DNA from: an uncultured Acidobacteriota bacterium
Lineage (GTDB): Bacteria; Acidobacteriota; Thermoanaerobaculia; Multivoradales; SZUA-115
NCBI GenBank assembly: GCA_963805975.1
Contig: CAWDVR010000002.1
Coordinates: 128,001-192,000, forward strand
Length of the DNA: 64,000 bases
Direction: 5' to 3'
Part shown: positions 46,346 to 56,977 of the stretch, in pieces
Layout of the letters: every line of letters begins with the position of its first letter
Numbering within the stretch: position 1 is the stretch's first letter
Position numbers and translations under genes: made by a program
Notes under the pieces: generated by a model
Told to the model about the DNA's origin: nothing
Seen by the model: only the letters and a program-made list of their open reading frames with translations
The model's database searches: none

Positions 46346-48556
46346 CTAGTTCCTCGTCACGGAGACGTTGTCGAAGTAGATGGGAGAGGGCGAGAAACCG
46401 TAGAGCCCAGGCGCTCCAGCGGGGATGGGCAGCGGGTCCTCGGCGGTCAGGGTCCAGTCCGCGGGCTCGGCCTCGCCCTTCTTCCACACCTTCACCTGGA
46501 CGACCGACTTGCCGCCCGCGGTCGTCGCCACCTTGAGCTTCATGGTGTACCAGGTGGCCGGCTGCCAGGGGAACGGTACCTGCTTCGAGGCGCGCAGCTC
46601 CGACTCCCAGGAGCGGACCTGGATCTGCTGCTGGGCGCCCATCAGGTCGGCGGCGTAGCCGCTGTTGATGAGCCCCATGTCCGGCAGCTTGCGGCCGGTC
46701 TGGATGCCCTGGAGGTCGGCCTGGATCGTGTACTCGCTCCACCACGCGGGCCCGACGAAGGTCTTGTGCCGGTGGATGCCCTCGGGAGCCGGGCCCTTCG
46801 CCAGCACCTTGCCACCCTCCACCTCGGCCACCTCGAAGCGGCCGAGCCCGGAGAGGAAATAGCCGGGCCGCTGCTTGACGGCGACGGCCTCGAAATCCTC
46901 GCGGAGCGCCGGCTCGCCGAAGGCGCGCACCCGCGCCGCGGCCGTGAGCTCGCCGGCCTTGGCGGTGACCTTCCCGGCCTGGACGGCCTTGGCGGCATCG
47001 AGGCTCAGCTTGCCGGCATCCACCGTGCCCGCGAGCCCTTCGAGCGCCCAGGTCACCTGGGGCGCGGTCACCTCGCGGCCCTTGGCGTCGAAGGCCAGCA
47101 ACTTGAAAGTCGCGTTGCCGCCCTGCTTCAGGCTGACCTCGCCCGGGACGATCAGGAGCTTGGTCGGCGTGGCGCCGGCGGGCGCGGGATCTTGCGGCGG
47201 GCCGGGAACGGTCTTCGGCCCGGGCTGGATCTTGGCCACCTTGGTCTTGTCCCCCAAGGCGTAGAACCCTTCCTCGCTGGTGAAGTACAGCCGCCCGTAG
47301 GCGACGGCGAACGAGCCGTAGATCTCGGCCGGCCGGCCGTCGGGCATGTGCAGCTCGACGACGCTCAACCCCTCGGCCGAGGTGGGTCCGATCTTGACGA
47401 TGTGCACCCGGCCGTTGACCTCCGTGACGTAGACCTTGCCGTCCGCCACCACGGGCGAGGCCTTGCCCACGGTGCCGAGATCGAAGGTCCAGTCGATGTG
47501 GCCGCTCGCGGCATCCACCTGGTAGAGGTTGGCGGAGTTGTCGACGATGTAGAGCTTGCCCTTCGAGTAGGCCGGGGTCGAGAAGCCGGCCTCGATGTGG
47601 ACGCGCCACTTCTCGTTCGTCTTGGAGACGTCGCCGCTGCCGCGCGGGTCGATCGCCACCATGCGGCCCATCTCCTCGCTGTCCATGTTCTCCTCGGAAT
47701 GCGCGAGGAAGATGGTGCCGTCCGCGCCCACCACCGGCGAGGTGTTGATCGAGCGCTTGGAGAGCTGGAAGCTCCACACCTTCTCGCCGGTGCGCGCATC
47801 GGTGGCGTAGACCCAGCCCTCGGAGTAGCCGGCCACCAGCAGGCGCCGGCCGTCGACGATCACCACCGCCGGCGTCGACTGGCTGTTCATGTCCTCGGGC
47901 GGCGTCGAGGGGTTGGCCACCCAGATCAGGTCGCCGTTCTTCTTGTCGAAGGCGTAGAGCCGGTGGCGCGGCGGCGAGAGCTCGGCCCAGCCGGTAGACA
48001 CGAAGGGCACGATCACCCGGCCCTCGTCCACCAGCGGCGTCTGGGTGCGGCCACCGAAGCCGGAGGCGAAACCGAAGTCCTCCACCAAATTGCGCTCCCA
48101 GACGATCTTGCCGTCGCGGTCGAGGCAGAGGAAGGTGCCGCCCACGCCTTGCACGTAGAGGTAGCCGGTCTCGGGGTCGCCGGCGACGCTCGCCCAGCCC
48201 ACGCGGTTCCAGGGCACGGAGGTGTGGTAGACGTTGAAGCGATGGTCCCAGAGCTTCTGGCCGGTGGCGGCGTCGAAGCAGCCCACCCACTCCTGGCGCA
48301 GGTCGCCCTCGCCGGTCCGGCCGTTGGCGCAGGCGCGGCCGTCGAAGACCACCGGTGTCGAGCGCCCGGTGAGGTCGGCCCGCCAGAGCAGGTTCTCTCC
48401 GGCCTTGGACCAGGAGGACACGAGCCCGGTCTCGGTCGAGACGCCGTCGTTGTTGGGCCCCCGCCAGCCGGCCCACTCTTCCGCGGCAGCAGGGGCGACT
48501 ACCCCGGCCAGCGCGAGCAGGACCGTGACGACACTCACCGTGGGAAACGAACGCAT
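46346..48556 (-). CDS. Secreted PQQ-like beta-propeller with C-terminal Ig-like and ConA/DUF1080-like domains (about 736 aa)
   Basis: AGGAGG RBS; EWAGWRGP; propeller repeats; ends IYFDNVSVT. Confidence 0.85.
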   Translation of the reverse strand: MRSFPTVSVVTVLLALAGVVAPAAAEEWAGWRGPNNDGVSTETGLVSSWSKAGENLLWRADLTGRSTPVVFDGRACANGRTGEGDLRQEWVGCFDAATGQKLWDHRFNVYHTSVPWNRVGWASVAGDPETGYLYVQGVGGTFLCLDRDGKIVWERNLVEDFGFASGFGGRTQTPLVDEGRVIVPFVSTGWAELSPPRHRLYAFDKKNGDLIWVANPSTPPEDMNSQSTPAVVIVDGRRLLVAGYSEGWVYATDARTGEKVWSFQLSKRSINTSPVVGADGTIFLAHSEENMDSEEMGRMVAIDPRGSGDVSKTNEKWRVHIEAGFSTPAYSKGKLYIVDNSANLYQVDAASGHIDWTFDLGTVGKASPVVADGKVYVTEVNGRVHIVKIGPTSAEGLSVVELHMPDGRPAEIYGSFAVAYGRLYFTSEEGFYALGDKTKVAKIQPGPKTVPGPPQDPAPAGATPTKLLIVPGEVSLKQGGNATFKLLAFDAKGREVTAPQVTWALEGLAGTVDAGKLSLDAAKAVQAGKVTAKAGELTAAARVRAFGEPALREDFEAVAVKQRPGYFLSGLGRFEVAEVEGGKVLAKGPAPEGIHRHKTFVGPAWWSEYTIQADLQGIQTGRKLPDMGLINSGYAADLMGAQQQIQVRSWESELRASKQVPFPWQPATWYTMKLKVATTAGGKSVVQVKVWKKGEAEPADWTLTAEDPLPIPAGAPGLYGFSPSPIYFDNVSVTRN

Positions 48557-48735
48557 ACGCATCTTCCTCCTTGGGGGGCTCCTGGCAGGGACTGTCGTGA
48601 CCGGCTCCGCACCGCCCGAGATTTCTACCACAACTGTCGTAAATCGGGATGGAGGCGAAATCCTTGGCCCCTTGTCACCGTATAGACTGTTTGAGCTCGA
48701 CTCACGACTCTCCAACCGCCTGGAGCACCAAGACC

Positions 48736-49587
48736 ATGAAGCGCTTCCTACCCATTCTCCTGCTCGCGATCGCCTTTCCTGCCGCCGGCCAGCAGCCTGC
48801 CCCGCAGCCGCTGCCGCCGGAAGACCGCGGCGCCGAGCTGCACGAGGCCGCGCGCAAAGGTGATCTCGCCCAGGTCCAGCTGCTGCTCGGCGCCGGCGTG
48901 CCGGTCAACATCAAGAGCGAGTACGGCGCCACCGCGCTCTCGTTCGCCGCCGACAAGGGCCACCTGGACCTGGTGAAGTTCCTGATCTCGCATGGCGCCG
49001 AGGTCGACGTCACCGACACCTTCTACCAGTCGACGCCGATCATCTGGGCGGCCTACAACGGGCGTGCCGAGGTGGTGCGGGTGCTGGTCGAGGCCGGGGC
49101 CGACGCTTCGGGCGCCCTGGGGATGGCGGTCGAGCGCGACAAGCTGGAGGTGGTCCGCGCGCTGCTCGACTCCGGCAAGCTCAAGCCCGAGGCCCTGCCG
49201 GGGACCCTCGCCGCGGCCAAGGCCTCCGGCAAGACCGAGGTGGTCAAGCTGCTGGAAGCCGCCGGGGTGAAGCCCCCGCCGCCGGCCAACGCCAAGATCG
49301 ACCCCGCGATCCTCGCCTCCTACGCCGGCCGCTACGAGAACGACCAGTTCTTCCTCGTGCTCTCGGTGGCCGACGGCAACCTGCACGTCGCCTTCATGGG
49401 CCAGCCGCCCTCGGCCCTGGGCGCCGTGGACGCCACCCACTTTCGCCTCCTGGTCTATGAGGCCGTGAGCCTCGAGATCAAGTCCGAGAACGGCAAGGTG
49501 ACGGCGGTAGAGGTCGACCAGGCGGGCAGCAAGACGACCGCCAAGCGGGTCGAGGCCGCGCCCGCCGCCACCCCGTCCAACCCCTGA
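48736..49587 (+). CDS. Secreted ankyrin-repeat protein with a C-terminal DUF3471-like domain (about 283 aa)
   Basis: MKRFLPILLLA signal; GATALSFAADKGH, TPIIWAAYNG; LASYAGRY. Confidence 0.88.
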   Translation: MKRFLPILLLAIAFPAAGQQPAPQPLPPEDRGAELHEAARKGDLAQVQLLLGAGVPVNIKSEYGATALSFAADKGHLDLVKFLISHGAEVDVTDTFYQSTPIIWAAYNGRAEVVRVLVEAGADASGALGMAVERDKLEVVRALLDSGKLKPEALPGTLAAAKASGKTEVVKLLEAAGVKPPPPANAKIDPAILASYAGRYENDQFFLVLSVADGNLHVAFMGQPPSALGAVDATHFRLLVYEAVSLEIKSENGKVTAVEVDQAGSKTTAKRVEAAPAATPSNP

Positions 49588-49619
49588 TCGTCAACTCCTG
49601 ATCGCCCAACTCCTGATCA
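49578..49619. repeat. Triple 13-bp direct repeat (14-15 bp spacing) spanning the ankyrin stop codon
   Basis: CAACCCCTGATCG, CAACTCCTGATCG, CAACTCCTGATCA. Confidence 0.75.
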
Positions 49620-49644
49620 AGAATCCTCCCGAGAGAGTCGAGAT

Positions 49645-51030
49645 ATGACCACCAAGCCCCGGATCCTGCTCACCGCTCTCGCCCTGGGCGCCGCCACGCT
49701 GGCCGCCGTCCCGAGCGGAGCTGCCCAGAACTGGCCCGCCTTCCGTGGCGCCAACGCCTCCGGCGTGGCCGAGGGCGCCAAGCCGCCGCTCGACTGGAAC
49801 GTGAAGGAAGGCAAGAACGTGGCGTGGAAGGCGGCCATCCCCGGCTTCTCTCACGCCAGCCCCGTGGTCTGGGGCGAGTCCCTGTTCCTGGCCTCCGCGG
49901 TCCACCTGGCCGGCGAGCCGCAACTGCGCACCGGCCTCTACGGCGACGTGGACGTGACCCAGAACGAAGGCGAGATCTCCTGGCGCGTCTACGCGCTCGA
50001 CAAGAAGAGCGGCAAGACCCTCTGGGAGCACGAGGTCTTCAAGGGCAAGGCGCTCGCCGACCGCCACATCAAGGCCACGCACGCCAACTCCACCCCCGCC
50101 ACCGACGGCAAGCGCGTGGTGTTCTTCTTCGGCTCGCTCGGTCATCTCTACGGCTTCGACCTCGCCGGCACCCAGAAGTGGAAGGTGGAGCTCGGGCCCG
50201 TCGACACCGGCTGGTTCTACGACCCGTCCTACCAGTGGGGCCACTCGAGCTCGCCCATCCTCTGGGACGGCAAGGTGATCCTGCAGGTGGACCGCGCCAA
50301 GGACGCTTTCCTCGCCGCCTACGATGCCGAGACCGGCAAGGAGCTCTGGAAGACGCCGCGGCCGGGGATCTCCTCCTGGGGCACGCCGACCGTGGTCGAG
50401 GGGCCGAACGGCCCCGAGATCGTGACCGACGGCGGCAAAGGCGTCATCGGCTACGACGCCAGGACGGGAAAAGAGGTGTGGAAGCTCACGCCCACCTCCG
50501 AGGTGACCGTGGCGACGCCGGTGACGGGCCACGGCCTGGTCTACATCTCGAACGGCTACCGGCCGGTGCAGCCGGTCTACGCGATCCGGCCCGGTGGCCG
50601 CGGTGACATCTCGCTCGCCAAGGACACCACCGCCAACGATCACGTCGCCTGGAGCCACCCCAAGGGCGGCACCTACATCCCGACGCCGATCGTGGTCGGC
50701 GACCAATTCTACACACTGGCCAACGACGGCCGCCTGACCTGCTATGACGCCAAGACCGGCGCCCAGGTCTACCAGCAGAGGGTGGGCGGAGGCCGGGCGG
50801 CCTTCACCGCCTCCCCGGTGGCGGCCGACGGCCGGATCTACCTCTCGAGCGAGGACGGCGACGTCTACGTGGTCAAGGCCGGCGCCACCTACGAGAGCCT
50901 GGGCGTGAGCTCCTTCGGAGAATCCATCATGGCGAGCCCCGCGATCTCCGGCGACGTGCTCTTCGTGAGGACCCGGAGCCACCTGTTCGCCCTCCAGGCC
51001 GCTCTCCCTGCGCCGGCCGGCGCTCCCTGA
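49645..51030 (+). CDS. Secreted PQQ-like beta-propeller protein (461 aa)
   Basis: NWPAFRG, HASPVVW, ANSTPATDG. Confidence 0.9.
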   Translation: MTTKPRILLTALALGAATLAAVPSGAAQNWPAFRGANASGVAEGAKPPLDWNVKEGKNVAWKAAIPGFSHASPVVWGESLFLASAVHLAGEPQLRTGLYGDVDVTQNEGEISWRVYALDKKSGKTLWEHEVFKGKALADRHIKATHANSTPATDGKRVVFFFGSLGHLYGFDLAGTQKWKVELGPVDTGWFYDPSYQWGHSSSPILWDGKVILQVDRAKDAFLAAYDAETGKELWKTPRPGISSWGTPTVVEGPNGPEIVTDGGKGVIGYDARTGKEVWKLTPTSEVTVATPVTGHGLVYISNGYRPVQPVYAIRPGGRGDISLAKDTTANDHVAWSHPKGGTYIPTPIVVGDQFYTLANDGRLTCYDAKTGAQVYQQRVGGGRAAFTASPVAADGRIYLSSEDGDVYVVKAGATYESLGVSSFGESIMASPAISGDVLFVRTRSHLFALQAALPAPAGAP

Positions 51031-51130
51031 CGTAGGGGCCCCTCCTCCACTTGGAATGGCGGGCCGCTCGTGCGGCTCGCCGCGCTTCGCACACTATTCC
51101 AAGAAAGCCTGCGCATTCAGATCTGCATAG

Positions 51131-51139
51131 TGATACAAT
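51131..51139 (+). promoter_or_regulatory. Possible extended -10 promoter for the second ankyrin copy
   Basis: TG-A-TACAAT in an AT-richer gap about 34 nt before the ATG, with a GAGGAG RBS in between. Confidence 0.4.
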
Positions 51140-51172
51140 CTCTCCAGCTTTCAATCTTTGAGGAGCACGAAT

Positions 51173-52069
51173 ATGAGCTCCTTGGTTCTGCTGACTCGGC
51201 GGACGTTCGCAGGCCTTCTCTGTAGCTTGGCTCTGACGACGTCCGCGCTACCCGCCGCGGCGACCCCTGCCACGGATCCGGGCTCCCGGCTCCGAGACGC
51301 GGCAACACGAGGTGACCTCGCCGCCCTGCAGGCACTGCTCGATGCCGGCGCGGACGTCAACGCCGCGAGCGAATACGGGGCCACGGCGCTGGCACTCGCG
51401 GCCGACCGCGGCCAGCCGGAGGCAGTGAAGATCCTTCTCGAGCACGGCGCTCGCGTGGGCGCGGTCGACTCCTTCTACAATTCGACGCCCATCCTCTGGG
51501 CTGCCTACAACGGCCACACCGAGGTCGTGAAGCTGCTGCTGGCGGCGGGCGCCGATTCCGGCCCGGCCGTTGCCATGGCTGTCGAGCGCAACCAGCCCGA
51601 GGTGATCCGAGTCGTCCTCGACTCGGGTCGAGTGAAGCCGGAATCTCTGGCCGGCGTGCTGGTGGGCGCCAGGACCGCCGGCAAAGCCGCGATCGTCACG
51701 CTGCTCGAGGCGGCGGGGGTACCGCCCCCGCCGGCGGCCGCCGGCGGGATCGATCCCGCCATCCTCGCCCGCTACGCCGGGCGCTACGAGAGCGACCAGT
51801 TCCATTACATCCGTGGCGAGGACGTCTACCTCGAGATCAGCGCCGCCGAAGGCGCGCTCCGGGTCTCGTTTCTCGGTCAGCCTCCGATGGCGCTCACCGC
51901 GGTCGACGACACTCACTTCCGCCTCTCCACCTTCGCGGCGGTGACCTTGTCCTTCCTCGCCAAGGACGGCAAGGTCGTCGGCCTCGAGGTGGACCAGGCG
52001 GGCACCAAGCTGACCGCGCGCAGGGTGGAAGCGGCAGGCGGCGCGCGGGCTTCGAGCTCCGAACCCTGA
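51173..52069 (+). CDS. Secreted ankyrin-repeat protein, paralogue of 48736-49587 (about 298 aa)
   Basis: SEYGATALALAADRG, STPILWAAYNG, IDPAILARYAGRYE. Confidence 0.88.
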   Translation: MSSLVLLTRRTFAGLLCSLALTTSALPAAATPATDPGSRLRDAATRGDLAALQALLDAGADVNAASEYGATALALAADRGQPEAVKILLEHGARVGAVDSFYNSTPILWAAYNGHTEVVKLLLAAGADSGPAVAMAVERNQPEVIRVVLDSGRVKPESLAGVLVGARTAGKAAIVTLLEAAGVPPPPAAAGGIDPAILARYAGRYESDQFHYIRGEDVYLEISAAEGALRVSFLGQPPMALTAVDDTHFRLSTFAAVTLSFLAKDGKVVGLEVDQAGTKLTARRVEAAGGARASSSEP

Positions 52070-52089
52070 GGCGCGACGAGGGGGCCGCG

Positions 52090-53481
52090 ATGCACGCCCT
52101 GGCCAGCGCCTCGTACAGAAGGTTCGGTGCGTGGTCGGCGGTCGCGTGGACCCTGCTCGCCGGCCCCGCGGCGGCGCAGAACTGGCCGCAGTTTCGCGGC
52201 ACCAACGCGGGCGGTGTGGCCGAGGGCGCGAGACCGCCCGTGTCGTGGAACGCCAAGGAAACCAAGAACGTCCGTTGGCAGACCGAGATCCCGGGGTTCT
52301 CGCACGCGAGCCCCATCGTCTGGGAGAGATCGATCTTCGTCGTCACGGCCGTGCACGCCGACGGTGAGCCGGCGTTGCGCACCGGGCTCTATGGCGACCT
52401 CGACACCACCGAGCAGGAGGGCGAGATCTCGTGGCGCCTCTATGCCCTGGACCGCGAGAGCGGCCGAGTGCTCTGGCAGCGGGAGGTCTTCCAGGGCAAG
52501 TCGCCGGTCCACCGCCACCTCAAAGGCACGCACGCCAACTCCACCCCGGCGACCGACGGCAAGCGCGTGGTGGTGCTGTTCGGCTCGATCGGCCGGCTGG
52601 CCGCCTTCGACCTCGCCGGGACCCCCCTGTGGAAGGTGGACCTCGGACCGATCGACACCGGCTGGTTCTACAACCCCGTCTATCAATGGGGTCACGCGAG
52701 CTCGCCGATCATCCGGCAGGATCGGGTCATCGTCCAGGTGGACCGCGCCGAGGACGCGTTTCTCGCGGCGTTCGACGCCGCCACCGGCAAGGAGCTGTGG
52801 CGGACGGCGCGCCCGCCGATCTCCTCCTGGGGCACGCCGACGGTGCTCGAAGGTCCGCAGGGGCCCGAGATCGTCACCGACGGCAGCAAGGGCGTGCGTG
52901 GCTACGACCCTGCCACGGGCCAGGAGCTGTGGACGCTCGCGCCAACCGCCGAGCTCACCGTCGCCACCCCGGTGGTCGGCCACGGTCTGGTCTACATCTC
53001 GAACGGCTACCGGCCCGTGCAGCCGGTCTACGCCATCCGGCCCGGAGGCAGGGGAGACATCTCCCTCGCCCAAGGCGCGACCTCGAATCAGCACGTGGCC
53101 TGGAGCCACCCCAAGGGCGGTACCTATATCCCGACGCCGATCGTGATCGGCGACCACCTGTGCACGCTGGCCAACGACGGCCGGCTCACCTGCTACGACG
53201 CCAAGAGCGGCGAGCGGGTCCACGAACGGCGCCTGGGGGGCGGGCGGGTGGCCTTCTCCGCCTCGCCGGTGGCGGCCGACGGCCGCCTCTACCTGGCGAG
53301 CGAAGACGGCGACGTCTACGTCCTCGCGGCCGGCGGCGAATACGAGCTGCTGGCGACCAGCTCGCTGGGCGAGCCGATCATGGCCACCCCGGCGATCTCC
53401 GGCGACACGCTCCTCGTACGCACGAGAAGCCACCTCTTTGCGCTGCAGGAGCAGAGGCCACAGCCAACGCCCACACCGTAG
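52090..53481 (+). CDS. Secreted PQQ-like beta-propeller, close paralogue of 49645-51030
   Basis: Long identical blocks such as LVYISNGYRPVQPVYAIRPGGRGDISLA. Confidence 0.9.
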   Translation: MHALASASYRRFGAWSAVAWTLLAGPAAAQNWPQFRGTNAGGVAEGARPPVSWNAKETKNVRWQTEIPGFSHASPIVWERSIFVVTAVHADGEPALRTGLYGDLDTTEQEGEISWRLYALDRESGRVLWQREVFQGKSPVHRHLKGTHANSTPATDGKRVVVLFGSIGRLAAFDLAGTPLWKVDLGPIDTGWFYNPVYQWGHASSPIIRQDRVIVQVDRAEDAFLAAFDAATGKELWRTARPPISSWGTPTVLEGPQGPEIVTDGSKGVRGYDPATGQELWTLAPTAELTVATPVVGHGLVYISNGYRPVQPVYAIRPGGRGDISLAQGATSNQHVAWSHPKGGTYIPTPIVIGDHLCTLANDGRLTCYDAKSGERVHERRLGGGRVAFSASPVAADGRLYLASEDGDVYVLAAGGEYELLATSSLGEPIMATPAISGDTLLVRTRSHLFALQEQRPQPTPTP

Positions 53482-53593
53482 TCCTTTCGCTCGGGCACAC
53501 TGATCGGAAGCCTGCCGTCTGGAACAGGTCGAGCCGGATGGCATACGACGCCACGGAATGGACCGCCCGGCACCTGCGTTCTGGCAGTGTGGT

Positions 53594-54568
53594 ATGAAAA
53601 CGTCCATGATCTGCCTCAGGAAACTACCCGCGTTTACCGCTTCGATTGCACCGGCGCTCGCCACCGCCCTTCTGGCACCGGCCTGCGGCGCTGAAGAGCG
53701 CACCATCTCCTCGCCGCCGCCGCTCGCGGCCGAGCTCGTCTCCGAGACCGACGCCCGCGAGATCCACACCCGTGGCGGCGCCGCCACGTTCGAGGAGCAG
53801 GTGCTGGAGCGAGTGAACCAGGAGCGGGCTGCCAACGTGCCGTCGCTCCCACCGCTCAAGGGCGTCAACCTGTTGGACAACTCGTCCGGGACCCACAGCT
53901 CCAACATGGCGACGCGCAACTTCCACATGCACTGCGATCCGGACTTCAACACCAACGTGGGCGACCGCATGACCGCCGCCGGCTACACCTGGAATGCCGC
54001 GGCCGAGAACATCGCTGCCGGCTACACGACCCCCGACGCGGTGATGAATGGCTGGATGGCGAGCGCCGGCCACCGCGCCAACATCCTCTCGGTTCTCTAT
54101 CGCGAGATCGGCGTGGGCTATGTTCTCCAGGGTGGCGATCAGGCGAACGTCCGCCAGAGCCCCCCGACCGGGCTCTGCCCCTTCACCAGCTCTAACAACG
54201 GCCCCTACAGTCACTACTGGACCCAGAACTTCGGCCTGCGCAGCAACGTGTATCCGGTGGTCATCGAGGGCGAGGCTTTCGACACCTCGAACCCGCAGGT
54301 CGATCTCTACCTCTACGGCACCGGCTGGGCGCAGGAGATGCGGCTGCGCAACGAGGCCGGTCCGTGGGGCGCCTGGCAGCCCTTCTCGAGCAACGTGGGC
54401 TGGATCCTCTCGGGCGGCGACGGCACCAAGACGGTGAACGTCGAGCTGCGCAACGGCGCGACCGTGCGCAGCGCCAGCGACTCGATCCTCCTCACGGGCA
54501 GCGACTTCCTGTTCGGCGACGGCTTCGAGTCCGCCGACACCTCGGCCTGGAGCTTGACCGTTCCTTGA
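53594..54568 (+). CDS. CAP/SCP-domain secreted protein with a C-terminal FxDGFESxDTSAWS tag; start uncertain
   Basis: VNQERA, HSSNM..FHMH, AENIAAG, WMASAGHRANIL, YWTQNFG. Confidence 0.88.
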   Translation: MKTSMICLRKLPAFTASIAPALATALLAPACGAEERTISSPPPLAAELVSETDAREIHTRGGAATFEEQVLERVNQERAANVPSLPPLKGVNLLDNSSGTHSSNMATRNFHMHCDPDFNTNVGDRMTAAGYTWNAAAENIAAGYTTPDAVMNGWMASAGHRANILSVLYREIGVGYVLQGGDQANVRQSPPTGLCPFTSSNNGPYSHYWTQNFGLRSNVYPVVIEGEAFDTSNPQVDLYLYGTGWAQEMRLRNEAGPWGAWQPFSSNVGWILSGGDGTKTVNVELRNGATVRSASDSILLTGSDFLFGDGFESADTSAWSLTVP

Positions 54569-55014
54569 GCCCGGTCGTCCGGCCGCTGGTGCCCGCCGAC
54601 CACCCGGCCTGGGTGCGCCTGCGCGGCGAGCTCTGGCCGGATCTCGCCAGCGAGGCCCTGGCCGGCGAGGCCGCCGCGCTGGCCGATCACTCTCCCGACT
54701 ACTGCGCATTCGTGGCGGAGACCGCCGGGGGCGAGATGGTGGGCTTCCTCGAAGCCAGCCTGCGTCCCTGGGCCGAGGGCTGCGAGACCCAGCCCGTTGG
54801 CTATGTCGAAGGCTGGTACGTGCGGCCCGCGTTCCGCAACCGTGGACTGGGCCGGCGGCTGGTGGAGGCTGCAGAGGCCTGGGCGAGGTCGCGCGGTTGC
54901 TCCGAGATGGCCTCGGACGCCCTGGTCGACAACCACGAGAGCCACGCCGCTCACCGGCGGCTGGGCTACGAGGAAGTCGAACGGGTGGTGCTGTACCGCA
55001 AGACTCTCGGTTGA
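54565..55014 (+). CDS. GNAT acetyltransferase, aminoglycoside 6'-N-acetyltransferase AAC(6')-I-like (149 aa)
   Basis: TTGA overlap; EASLRPWAEGC..VGYVEGWYV..RNRGLG..WARSRGCSEMASD..HRRLGYEEVER. Confidence 0.82.
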   Translation: MSPVVRPLVPADHPAWVRLRGELWPDLASEALAGEAAALADHSPDYCAFVAETAGGEMVGFLEASLRPWAEGCETQPVGYVEGWYVRPAFRNRGLGRRLVEAAEAWARSRGCSEMASDALVDNHESHAAHRRLGYEEVERVVLYRKTLG

Positions 55015-55111
55015 CCCGAGGCACCCGAATTCCGCAGCATCTTCCGCGCTGAGACATTGTATCCTTCAGGGCATCAGCGTCCGAGCATGTCGCTAATGCA
55101 GGAGAGAAGTA

Positions 55112-56506
<1,395 letters not shown>

Positions 56507-56520
56507 CGAGCACGCGCGAT

Positions 56521-56560
56521 GTTGCATTCTGCAACGTTCTGTTGCGTTGAAACGTTTCAA
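56521..56560. promoter_or_regulatory. Palindromic upstream activator sequences
   Basis: GTTGCA-TTC-TGCAAC (56521-56535) and TTGAAACGTTTCAA (56547-56560). Confidence 0.6.
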
Positions 56561-56591
56561 GACACCGGCCGATAAACTCTAAACCCTTTCT

Positions 56592-56604
56592 CATCAAATA
56601 CTTG
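56592..56604 (+). promoter_or_regulatory. IHF-binding site
   Basis: CATCAAATACTTG vs consensus WATCAANNNNTTR (1 mismatch), between the UAS and the promoter. Confidence 0.6.
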
Positions 56605-56609
56605 GCAGG

Positions 56610-56625
56610 TGGCACGGAGCCTGCT
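56610..56625 (+). promoter_or_regulatory. Sigma54 -24/-12 promoter
   Basis: TGGCACGGAGCCTGCT vs consensus TGGCACGNNNNTTGCW. Confidence 0.8.
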
Positions 56626-56701
56626 CTATAGGGCGTGTGAATCGGGATCACAACGAACCTGAGACAGACGCCCGCTGGGCACTCACGCAAAGGAGATCGT
56701 C

Positions 56702-56977
56702 ATGAACGCTCGCCGCCACCGTTTCGCCGCCACTCTTTTCGCAGCTCTCACCCTTTTCGCGCTCGCCGCCGGCGCCGCCCCGGCCGACCTCCAGACCCTC
56801 GACGCCGCCCAGGCCCAGGTCACCCTCGCCTCGGCACCCGCGCTGGAGCTCGACGAGGACCTCGCCGAGCCCACCTGCAAAGCGCCCATACCCTGCCTCA
56901 ACCCCATCGCCTTCTGTATCTGCCTGGAGGAAGGCGGGCGCGAGATGGCCTGCTTCATGTTCAGCTGCCCGGAGTGA
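56702..56977 (+). CDS. Small secreted protein with a C-terminal 6-Cys domain (91 aa)
   Basis: AAGGAG RBS; signal peptide; acidic spacer; C-x5-C-x6-CxC-x9-C-x4-C; lies behind the sigma54 promoter. Confidence 0.75.
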   Translation: MNARRHRFAATLFAALTLFALAAGAAPADLQTLDAAQAQVTLASAPALELDEDLAEPTCKAPIPCLNPIAFCICLEEGGREMACFMFSCPE

